DNA of 15,985 bases, from assembly GCA_043754515.1 (NCBI GenBank), contig JAYUUO010000063.1:1-15985 (forward strand), read 5' to 3'. Below, piece by piece: positions 1 to 7,631 of this stretch (positions within the stretch are counted from its first letter, which is position 1; every line of letters begins with the position of its first letter). This stretch comes from Armatimonadota bacterium (lineage in GTDB: Bacteria; Armatimonadota; Armatimonadia; Armatimonadales; Armatimonadaceae). The position numbers and the translations under genes were made by a program. The notes below the pieces were generated by a model, which had not been told where the DNA came from, did not search any database, and was given only the letters and a program-made list of their open reading frames with translations.

Positions 1-53
1 CCGCGACGCCTGAAGGCGTCGCGGTCCCTGACTGGAAGCGCGGTAAGCCGCGC
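1..53. repeat. REP-like double hairpin (possibly truncated by window edge)
   Basis: Perfect 10-bp stem CCGCGACGCC-TGAA-GGCGTCGCGG (1-24), then a second hairpin GCGCGG-TAAG-CCGCGC (38-53). GC-rich sequence next to an AT-rich gene. Only one copy is visible. Confidence 0.45.
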
Positions 54-102
54 GGAATGACATCCTCTGAGATTCATCGTTGCCCACGGGATCACCAGAA
101 CT

Positions 103-540
103 ATGACAAAAAATCTTAAAAGGGTCGTTACAGGGTTACTCATTGTCGCGGGCATTGTGACTATCTATTTTTTCGATCTCTTTTCGATCCAACATTGGGT
201 GTGTCACGCGCGAGTAGTATTTGAGGAAAAATTGTACGCTCGTAGTTTCGACGTCATCGAGTGGAATCGGTCTGATGCTGTGGCACGTGATGAGAAAGCT
301 TTATGGACTCCCCGATTGCGTATGTATAAAGATCTAATAAAGAGAAAGGTTCTGATAGGAAAAGATATAAGCGAGATCCCAAAACTATTGGGAGGGGATT
401 ATACGATGCACAATGGTGTCATGCTGTACTCCCTTGGCTCTGATCCAGACGCCATATGCAACGATCAGTTTAGTCGGCTTCTGATAATAGATTTCAAAAA
501 TGATAAGGTGACAAAAGTTTCATATACCACAGATTTCTAG
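103..540 (+). CDS. Membrane-anchored hypothetical protein with SmpA/BamE-like C-terminal motif; possible immunity protein
   Basis: 145-aa ORF with an N-terminal hydrophobic helix (VVTGLLIVAGIVTIYFF) and an F..EW...R..M..DLI....LIGK...EI..LLG...Y.LG...L.I.F.NDKV pattern. AT-rich and located in the Rhs cassette region. Confidence 0.7.
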   Translation: MTKNLKRVVTGLLIVAGIVTIYFFDLFSIQHWVCHARVVFEEKLYARSFDVIEWNRSDAVARDEKALWTPRLRMYKDLIKRKVLIGKDISEIPKLLGGDYTMHNGVMLYSLGSDPDAICNDQFSRLLIIDFKNDKVTKVSYTTDF

Positions 541-605
541 CTCGGCGAGTTGATTAGGCATAAGTGTTATGATGATATAGCATCTGCCGTGAGGTATTGT
601 TTGGC

Positions 606-628
606 AGAGGGTTTGAACAACCCTTTTT
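606..628 (+). terminator. Possible intrinsic terminator after the 103-540 gene
   Basis: AGGGTT-TGAAC-AACCCT stem-loop (608-624) followed by TTTT. The stem is weak. Confidence 0.35.
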
Positions 629-642
629 ACACTACGTTTAAT

Positions 643-846
643 AACGTGAGTTCGGGATAAGCACGGTTCCGCGACTATGATTTATTGACAATGGGCTACA
701 ACGAAAACTTATAGTGAGAAGATTCTCTCTTAGCCTTGCCAATCATGGCAAGACTGACGGCTTTTGGGGCGATTTCAGGGTGCCGACGGTGCCGTTTCAA
801 GAGCGAAATCAGTAATTTTACTCTCCGCTTAACCCGAACTCACGTT
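643..846. mobile_element. MITE (non-autonomous IS derivative), ends resemble IS982 family
   Basis: Terminal inverted repeats AACGTGAGTTCGGGATAAGC (643-662) and GCTTAACCCGAACTCACGTT (827-846) are complementary at 19 of 20 positions. Flanked by a TAAT direct repeat (639-642, 847-850). No transposase inside. The family assignment is from recall of IS982-type ends. Confidence 0.75.
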
Positions 847-897
847 TAATAGCAATAGATACGATTTTTTCGCGCATGTGAAGTGACAACTGGCATT

Positions 898-1979
898 GAT
901 GAGCTGGAGCCGTCTGGCGCGTCGTACCTGTTACGACGTATATGGATATGGCGCGGCGAACCTGGTGCTACGGGACGGCAACCTGCTGACCACGTTCGCT
1001 TACGACCCGAGCGGCAACACGATCGCCCGGTCGGTGTCAGTGGGAACGGCGGCGATCGGGCTCGTCGGGCCGGACGACGTGGCCTTGTACGACGGCTACG
1101 GCTACCCGGCGGACGTCGTCACGGAGACGCCGAGGTACGTCTTCGCGACCGGCCCGACGAGCTACGGCGCGGGCATCGGGGACAGGGGGGGCGGCGGGCA
1201 GTAGGCTACTATACCGGGAACAACACCCAACCGGCGAACGCGGACGAGCGGGCCTGCGCCTCTGCACCCGCCACTACTACGACCCGATCAACGCCCGGTA
1301 GCTGACGCGCGACCCGCTCGGCTATGACGGGGACATCAATCTCTACGGGTATGTGGACGGCAACCCCATCATGGGCGTGGACCCCAGCGGGCTACAGGGA
1401 GTAGTAGACCCAAACAAGGAATGGGAAACGATTACCGATGTAGAAAAGAAACACGCCGATACTCTGCATGCCATTCGTACAGGCGGTAAGGTTGCTAGCG
1501 ACGCATCTAATGAATATCTCGACAACTGGAACGAGATCGGTATCTCCATCAAGATAGGCTCAAAGCGAAGCGCGTCAGGGGCGGAGATTTCTCAATCCGA
1601 ACAATTTTGGAGTGCAGGCTTTCTTTTCCTTGGAGCCGTTCATACACTGGATATGTTCGGTAACGGAGCCTCCCAAGTACATCACGTTGCGACAGTTTAG
1701 AGTCAGAAGTGGACGCCCAGATTCCAAAAACTCTTCAATAAGTACTTCCTCAGTATGGAAGACAAGGTAAACAAAGTCCGCATATATGGCCACCAAGGTA
1801 GCCATTCGGACGAATACCATAAATGGGTTTGGAGCGAGTTGCGAAAAGTTAGCAAAGGAAAGCCAGCAGTTAACGGTCATATCAATATCCGCTCGCAACT
1901 CAAAAAAATGCGGATCTGGCTAGACCAAAATCCATCCGCAGTACGTAAAGGGTACACTGGACCCTACCCTAAACTATGA
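898..1979 (+). pseudogene. Orphan Rhs core C-terminal fragment fused to an AHH (HNH/EndoVII-fold) nuclease toxin domain, inactivated
   Basis: Stitched translation: ELEPSGASYLLR/VYGYGA..TTFAYDPSGN..LYDGYG..GGQ/GYYT..DE/GLRLCTRHYYDPINAR*LTRDPLGYDGDINLYGYVDGNPIMGVDPSGL (Rhs core end, DPSGL at 1380-1394). This is followed by an AT-richer tip containing HHVATV*SQKWTPRFQKLF...MEDKVNKVRIYGHQGSHSDEYHKWV. Frameshifts at about 936, 1203 and 1249; in-frame TAGs at 1299-1301 and 1698-1700. Confidence 0.85.
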
Positions 1980-2054
1980 TTGCGAGACTTTCTCGACTGC
2001 GAGAAGGCTAATACCTAACTTCTAATCAGACTCGCGAACTCTCGCCGAGACAAC

Positions 2055-2091
2055 GGGTGTACGATACTCCATTTATCGTACACCCTATTCT
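2055..2091 (+). terminator. Strong hairpin between toxin tip and next gene (terminator or processing site)
   Basis: Perfect 12-bp stem GGGTGTACGATA-CTCCATT-TATCGTACACCC (2055-2085) followed by TATTCT, a weak U-tract. Confidence 0.4.
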
Positions 2092-2204
2092 GACCTGATC
2101 TCGAAAACACCGGATACGATATAAGTAGCACTAGCAACTGGAGAAACTCTCTTACATCATCACCTAGTGAATGGCTAATGCCGTAGTTGCAGGTCATATA
2201 AATC

Positions 2205-2855
2205 ATGGCAAGAAAAACCGCTAAAAGCAATGCAGACGCACAATCTGGCTTCGACTTCGGTACGGATATACCTATCTCTATAACTAAGCCAGCACGAACT
2301 ACGAATCAACCAAAGTACGTGACAGTCATAAACTCAATTGATTGGTTCGGATTTGAAAAGTTTGTACTTAATCTGTTTCATGAGGCAATCAGTGCATATG
2401 TAGAAAACAATGCTTTCCTTGTTGGAAAGATATATCAAGTCGCCATATCTGCTAATCCCCAATCCGCAACGGTTTCAATAAGCTTCGAGACGCTTCACAA
2501 TGCCACTAGAGTCGCTGAGAACGATGAGGAATTTATCAAGAGTGACGAGATATTAGAAAAGATGTCTTTCACAAAAAAATATAACCCGAACCCCGGGTCC
2601 TTCTTTTTTTCAGACTACATGATTCGATTCACAGACATCATGGAACCGTTAATATCGCTCGATTTTAACAGTCACACAATTACTCGATCTACAAACAGGC
2701 GTATTTCTGAGTCACTAAAAAAAGTGGTTTCAATAATGATAGATGACCAATTATTGACCTCAAAAATTGCAGAAAGTACATTGTTTATCGGAGTTCAAAC
2801 AGATAGGTATTCTTATGGCAGTGTCAAGTTGCATAATCCTAGTACAACTTCGTGA
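2205..2855 (+). CDS. Hypothetical protein, candidate immunity protein (weak DUF4303-like pattern)
   Basis: Intact AT-rich 216-aa ORF downstream of the Rhs-AHH tip. The IYQVAISANP..ATVSISFET...YNPNPGSFFF segment loosely resembles DUF4303-type proteins. Confidence 0.65.
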   Translation: MARKTAKSNADAQSGFDFGTDIPISITKPARTTNQPKYVTVINSIDWFGFEKFVLNLFHEAISAYVENNAFLVGKIYQVAISANPQSATVSISFETLHNATRVAENDEEFIKSDEILEKMSFTKKYNPNPGSFFFSDYMIRFTDIMEPLISLDFNSHTITRSTNRRISESLKKVVSIMIDDQLLTSKIAESTLFIGVQTDRYSYGSVKLHNPSTTS

Positions 2856-3105
2856 AATCAAGCGTCAAATATGTTTACTTAATTCGGACTTTTTATGCTA
2901 GCACCCTCCCAGTTGTTTATGTTCTGGTTGATCCGGGCGTCCGGTGCATTAGTCACCTACGGCGAGTACGTAGGCGGATAATTGTCTGATGACCGGGACA
3001 GTTATCGGGCTATTCTAAGAATCTACTACCATGAGAAAACCTTTTGACGGTTACATAAGACGAGACGCGGGCGCGTCGGTTAACCTGGCTAATGAAAGTT
3101 AAAGT

Positions 3106-3849
3106 GTGACCATCGCTTCCCAACTGAGAACGTCGGCTATGAAGGGAGACTTATTCACCGCGAAGCAATGCATCGCGGACGGGTGTCCCGTCGACGCCCT
3201 CTGCTGTAACGGCTGGACCGCGCTGATGCTCGCTTCGTTCTACGGCCAGGAAGATATGATCATCTTCCTGGTCGGCGTCGGAGCCGGGATGAACATAAAG
3301 AACAAGGCGGGGAGAACTCCTCTGCACTACGCCATCAAGAAAAGACGGCTCGGCGCACTCCGGGTGTTGCTGTCGCTCGGTGCCGACCCGAACATCCCCT
3401 TCTTGCACGAGTACGCCCTCGTCGCCGGGAACCCAATGGCCATCTTCCCCCAGACGGATGTCGAGCTCCCTCTCATCGAGGCGGTTCAGAACAACGACCG
3501 GGAGGTGCTGGGGTTGCTGGCTTCCTGTCCGCGTATCAACCTCAATGCCGCGGATGATATGGGCAACACCGCTATAATGTACGCAAGCTCGATGGGTCTG
3601 GATGACGTCGTACGTGACTTGCATTCGCTCGGCGCGGATGTGAATCAGCCGTCGACGGAGGGGGGATCCGCGCTTCTCGCCGCCATGTACGCGAAGAAGT
3701 TCAAGACCGCCCTACTCCTGCTCGATCTGGGAGCCGACCCGCGCCTCCACACCACGGACGGCGAGAACCCGTACCAGTACGCGGTACAGTACAGCCAGAA
3801 AGCAATCCAGGAGCGCATCCTGAACTATCAGGGATACGGGAGCGTTTAA
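3106..3849 (+). CDS. Ankyrin repeat protein, candidate immunity protein
   Basis: About six ankyrin motifs: GWTALMLAS, GRTPLHYAI, ELPLIEAVQ, GNTAIMYAS, GGSALLAAM, GENPYQYAV, with LLSLGADPN/LGADVN linkers. Start could be GTG 3106 or ATG 3139. Confidence 0.9.
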   Translation: MTIASQLRTSAMKGDLFTAKQCIADGCPVDALCCNGWTALMLASFYGQEDMIIFLVGVGAGMNIKNKAGRTPLHYAIKKRRLGALRVLLSLGADPNIPFLHEYALVAGNPMAIFPQTDVELPLIEAVQNNDREVLGLLASCPRINLNAADDMGNTAIMYASSMGLDDVVRDLHSLGADVNQPSTEGGSALLAAMYAKKFKTALLLLDLGADPRLHTTDGENPYQYAVQYSQKAIQERILNYQGYGSV

Positions 3850-3852
3850 TCC

Positions 3853-3974
3853 GAGTTGGTTTGGATCCCCCGTGCTTGGCATGGCTCGTTGCTGACGATC
3901 ATCACGAACGCGTCTCTGTCCAACCGGGTGCGGAGTATGGGTCAACGGTTATAAAGGGGGCATTTCCCTATTGA
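3853..3974 (+). pseudogene. Putative remnant of a second AHH nuclease C-terminus
   Basis: One frame reads ELVWIPRAWHGS (3853-3888). A shifted frame reads ADDHHERV...IKGAFPY* with its TGA (3972-3974) overlapping the TTG start of the Imm11-like gene. Short and degenerate. Confidence 0.35.
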
Positions 3975-4531
3975 AAGTCTACAAAGTAGTTGAAGATGTA
4001 AACCACTACCAAGCATTGGGGCCCGAAGATTCAGAGGTAATAGGCTCCTACCTTTTAGACTTGTTTCAAGGGACACCCATCGGTGAAACGTGGAACGCAC
4101 CAAAGGTATTTAGTCTTGACCCCAGGCTGAAGGAGGGGGACTTTTGGAACTTCTTTTCAGGTTCGCTTTGTGCTACACCTGAGGCAACCGCCAAGGTCTA
4201 TACGTTCTTCGAAATGGCGGGAGAAATACTACCACTTTTATACAAAGGGAGGGAGTTTTCGGTACTCAACATAACCGAATGTGTTGACACGTTAGATCCG
4301 GATCATAGTAATTGGTTACTTACCGAGGAAGGCCGAAGAATATTCCCGACAAAATACGTCTTCCATGATCGCTTCGCAGAATCAACACTGTTTAAAATAC
4401 CCGAGGGGAATAGTATCACTATATTCGTACTGGAACGTGACGGCAACCCTGACAAAGAATTCAAAGCGTTTGTTGAGCGCGAAAAAATGACAGGCTTGTT
4501 GTTCGAGTTACTATGGGAGGATGAAGCATAG
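3971..4531 (+). CDS. Imm11/DUF1629-like immunity protein
   Basis: 186 aa with GEILPL..KG..FSVLNITECVDTLD...S...G......KYVF......LFKIP.....IFV......F...VE...MTGLLF...W, the Imm11-type pattern. TTG start with AAAGGGGG RBS at 3953-3960. Confidence 0.8.
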   Translation: MKVYKVVEDVNHYQALGPEDSEVIGSYLLDLFQGTPIGETWNAPKVFSLDPRLKEGDFWNFFSGSLCATPEATAKVYTFFEMAGEILPLLYKGREFSVLNITECVDTLDPDHSNWLLTEEGRRIFPTKYVFHDRFAESTLFKIPEGNSITIFVLERDGNPDKEFKAFVEREKMTGLLFELLWEDEA

Positions 4532-4566
4532 TAAACTTTTAATTAGATGGGAACGGCCCAGAGTAT

Positions 4567-4866
4567 CTCGTCGTACCGTGCCGGGTATCGGGGGACGGGA
4601 TGCGGGCGTGGCGCACGGCGAACGCGTCGCTCGGGAACCGGGTGACGTACTTCCTCTACGACGAGATGTCGGGGCAGTTGCAGTACGAGCTGGAGCCGTC
4701 GGGAGCGTCGTACGTCTTGCGGAACGTGTATGGGTTCGGGGCGGCGGGCATGGCGCGGCGGCTCCAGCCGCAGGACAACAACCTGCTCACCACGTTCGCC
4801 TACGACCCGTCGGGGAACACGGTGGCCCGCTCCCTGTCGGTCGGCACGGCGGCGATCCGGATCGGT
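4567..4866 (+). pseudogene. Second, truncated Rhs (YD-repeat) core fragment
   Basis: SYRAGYR/GDGMRAWR...VTYFLYDEMSGQLQYELEPSGASYVLRNVYGFGAAG...LLTTFAYDPSGNTVARSLSVGTAAI. Paralogous to 901-1060, with a frameshift in the G5 run at 4589-4593. Ends before the Rhs core terminus. Confidence 0.8.
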
Positions 4867-4905
4867 GCGCCATGGCGGGGGCGCCCCCGCTGTCAATCGC
4901 CGTGC

Positions 4906-7437
4906 CTAGGTGTCGGCGATGAACACGCCGATGTTGCCCTCGGTCCCGGTCGGCTCCAGCGGCGCAAGCGCGGCGCGTTGCTCGAACTCGCCGTTTAGCA
5001 GGTTTTTCAGGAAGGGACGCTTGCCGTTCTTGACTACCTCCACCGTTTCCGTACCGATCGGCGCTAGCACCGCGATCAGCACCTGACGCGTCGCCTGGCA
5101 GACCAGCAGAAGGGTGTCGGGCGAATCGCCGTTCGGGAGTGTCACCTTGACATACTCCGCCGCCGCCGGATCGGGGCCGAACGTCTGCCAGTCGCGCCGG
5201 AGCGTCATCTTATCCCAGTCCGCGACGCCGCCCTTCGCCCGCGCGGCGACGGCGAGCAGTGCGTTCATCGCGGACGACAGCAAGGCACCCCGCGCCGCGA
5301 CCTGTACGTAGCCCCCGTAGCCTTTGAGAAGCGTGTCAGCGGCGCGGACCGCCCGCAGGGCGAACACAGTCCACAACACCGGATCATCCACGCGGGAGAG
5401 CGCGAGAGCCGCCCGCGCCCCGGCGAGGGTCGGGAACAGGGTGGGCAGATCCTCCTGCACCGACGCGGCTAAGCCTGTCGGGTCCGTGACCGTGCCATCG
5501 GGCAAGCGGCGGGCACGAATCGCCTGCCCGATCTCGCGGGCGAACGCGACCAGTTCCGGTTGCTCATACTCCTGTGACACCAGCAGAACGCCCTCGGTCA
5601 GCGCGGCCAGATTTTCCGTGGACGCGGTGTCGAACGTCAGCGTGAAGGCGGCGAGTCGCTCCGCGAGCGTGGTTACGGCTCGGAGCGCGGTCTTGAAATA
5701 CACCTCGTTGCGCGTCGTGCGGAACGTCTCGATGAGCGGGAGCAGGGCCTCGCCCGCGAGCCACGGCGACGCTTCCGTGATGGGCCTACCATCCCAGGCG
5801 AACCGCTCGCCCTGCGGCAACCCGTCCCGATCCAGCCGTAACAGTATCCATTGCGCGGCGGCGAGCGCGGTCCGTTCATAAAGGTCCACCGCGAAGTGGC
5901 TCTGGAGTACGCCCAGCCCCTTCGCGGTGCGCGCCGTGGTAGTGAATGAGACGGTGCGCTTCCCATCCTGATCACCCCACTCGGTTTTGCGTACCAGCGC
6001 GTCGAAAAACGCGCCCCAGTGCGGCGAATCTTCGATATTGTTCTGGAACTCGCAGATGCCGTTCGCGAGGAGTCGCGCCCGCCGCTTCAGTGCCTCGTCG
6101 CCGCTGGAGAAGAAGCGGTTCAGTAGTGCTTGCGTCGTGAGGGCCGCGTCCGTTTCCGGACCGATAACAAGAAGGTCGGCACGATGCGGCGCGACGCGGA
6201 ATATGTTCTTGTCCGCCCCGCGCTTCTCGATGATGTCGCTCCGGAATATCTCGCGCTCCGACGCCTCGATCACGCGGCGCAGAAACGGGCGCGTATCGGC
6301 GGGGGGCGTTTGCGCGCGGTCTCCGGCGTCCGCGAGGTGCCGTGCCAGCGCGGAGATCGCCTCGGTCTCGGTCTTCGCGTAGGTCAGCCACGTTTCCCAC
6401 CCGAGTACCGTGCCGTTGCCGGACAGGTCGGCATTTTCGAGCGACAGGTAAATGCCGCTACCGTCCGCCGTCACCGTGGGCGTCATTCCCGCGTGTGTTT
6501 GGGTGACCACCGACGCCGCGACGCCATTATTCATTACGACCAGCGCGCGGCCCTCGGCTCCAGGGAGCGAGAGCACCTTCGCCCGCCCCGGCGCGAACGG
6601 CAGCTGGAGACGCACCGCCTCCGGCGAACGGTCTTTCGCTTCCCCGGAGACCGGCATTGCCAGGGCGGGTGCCGTCGCGTTCACACGCCAGAACCAGGTG
6701 AAGCGGTCATCGCGCCCGGTGACGACCACGCCACACCGCACGGCGGCACGCAATGAGGGCGCGGTTTTACGCTTTGCCCCGAGCAACACGCGGTCCCGCT
6801 TTTTGCGAGCGTGCTGGCGTAGGAAAACAGGGAAGTGCTGTCCGCGGCAACGAATTTCGGCGATGGAGCGTAGCGCGGTGGTGTGAAAGACGGGGATCAT
6901 CGTTTTGCCGCGCTGGTAGGCGATGCGGATGCCGAACGTTCCGGGCAAATCTGGCAGGATTTCTAGCACGGTTTTGCTGAACGGGAAGCGGTACGTGGAC
7001 TCGGCGGCGAGCGACAAGTCGGGTTTCGGTTCGGCTTTACGGCGCGGCACGCGGGCGGCGGGCGCGGTTGTGAGCGGCGCGTCCGAGGGCGTTTCTTCTT
7101 CCGCTTCCACCGCGACCATTGCCAGTAGATCATCCCCCGCTTCCTCGCCTTCGTCCGCGACCGTGCTATCGGTCGGCGTAGGACGTGAGAGCGGGAGAAG
7201 TTCGTCGGCCGCGTCTTGTCTGCCAGCTAGCACAGCCTCCGCCGACACCGCGCCCGACTCGAGTCGCGGCAGAGAGGTAACTTTGCGTTTCCTCGCGCCG
7301 TCGCCACCGATCACGAACGTGCTCGCTGTCAGCCCCCCTACTTCGGCGTTGTCTAGTTGCTCGCCGTCGTCGGTGCTCCAAACTTCAGCGTTCGGGTCGG
7401 CGATCAGGGGCTTAGTTTTGGTGGAACGGTTGCGCAT
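4906..7437 (-). CDS. Large hypothetical protein with acidic/disordered N-terminus and probable alpha/alpha-toroid (six-hairpin glycosidase/terpene-cyclase-like) domain
   Basis: 843-aa ORF with repeated helical-hairpin motifs: ALLNRFFSSGDEALKRRARLLANGI, DLYERTALAAAQWIL, PLIETFRTTRNEVYFKTALRAV, EQPELVAFAREIG. No obvious signal peptide. Confidence 0.75.
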   Translation of the reverse strand: MRNRSTKTKPLIADPNAEVWSTDDGEQLDNAEVGGLTASTFVIGGDGARKRKVTSLPRLESGAVSAEAVLAGRQDAADELLPLSRPTPTDSTVADEGEEAGDDLLAMVAVEAEEETPSDAPLTTAPAARVPRRKAEPKPDLSLAAESTYRFPFSKTVLEILPDLPGTFGIRIAYQRGKTMIPVFHTTALRSIAEIRCRGQHFPVFLRQHARKKRDRVLLGAKRKTAPSLRAAVRCGVVVTGRDDRFTWFWRVNATAPALAMPVSGEAKDRSPEAVRLQLPFAPGRAKVLSLPGAEGRALVVMNNGVAASVVTQTHAGMTPTVTADGSGIYLSLENADLSGNGTVLGWETWLTYAKTETEAISALARHLADAGDRAQTPPADTRPFLRRVIEASEREIFRSDIIEKRGADKNIFRVAPHRADLLVIGPETDAALTTQALLNRFFSSGDEALKRRARLLANGICEFQNNIEDSPHWGAFFDALVRKTEWGDQDGKRTVSFTTTARTAKGLGVLQSHFAVDLYERTALAAAQWILLRLDRDGLPQGERFAWDGRPITEASPWLAGEALLPLIETFRTTRNEVYFKTALRAVTTLAERLAAFTLTFDTASTENLAALTEGVLLVSQEYEQPELVAFAREIGQAIRARRLPDGTVTDPTGLAASVQEDLPTLFPTLAGARAALALSRVDDPVLWTVFALRAVRAADTLLKGYGGYVQVAARGALLSSAMNALLAVAARAKGGVADWDKMTLRRDWQTFGPDPAAAEYVKVTLPNGDSPDTLLLVCQATRQVLIAVLAPIGTETVEVVKNGKRPFLKNLLNGEFEQRAALAPLEPTGTEGNIGVFIADT

Positions 7438-7603
7438 AATTTTTGTTGTCGAAATCTATCGCGATTAGTCTCTGCGCTTCGGCAGGAAAAGCGGCGGAAG
7501 GCGGCGAATCATCTACCACGTCTTTTACCCGATTCGTCGGGTTTAAGAGCGCGGGATAGGACGGGATATGCCGCCCCCCGCAGGGCAACGGCCTTAACCG
7601 TCC

Positions 7604-7631
7604 TTTAGTTTCGGGGGGGGCGTGCCGATAA
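7604..7631 (+). promoter_or_regulatory. Putative sigma28 (FliA/SigD/WhiG)-type promoter of the pil operon
   Basis: TTTAGTTT (7604-7611), N12, then GCCGATAA (7624-7631, exact sigma28 -10 consensus). About 115 bp upstream of the pilM start. The spacer contains G8. Confidence 0.5.

Noticed and set aside
640..850. Integron attC site (AAC...GTT ends between AT-rich genes)
   Set aside because: The ends do not fit RYYYAAC/GTTRRRY, pairing is continuous without extrahelical bases, a TAAT duplication flanks it, and it does not recur between the other genes.
898..1301. Frameshifts as long-read assembly errors
   Set aside because: About 11 kb of neighbouring GC-rich genes are intact and the lesions are confined to Rhs/toxin pieces. 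This cannot be fully excluded without reads.
883..1305. ORF calls 883-1305, 896-1204, 4521-4922 and 4600-4998 as real genes
   Set aside because: They are partial or out-of-frame readings of the frameshifted Rhs fragments.
1202..1700. TAG read-through or recoding suggested by TAGs at 1202, 1299 and 1698
   Set aside because: TAG terminates normal genes here (540, 4531, 10421, 15979), and the same region also has frameshifts, so pseudogene decay is the simpler explanation.
4872..4893. GC palindrome GCGGGGG-CG-CCCCCGC as a terminator for the convergent genes
   Set aside because: There is no U-tract on either strand, so it is insufficient to call.
5114..7608. Many plus-strand and nested ORFs overlapping the 843-aa gene
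   Set aside because: GC-rich shadow ORFs with Arg/Ala/Ser-biased sequence and no motifs.
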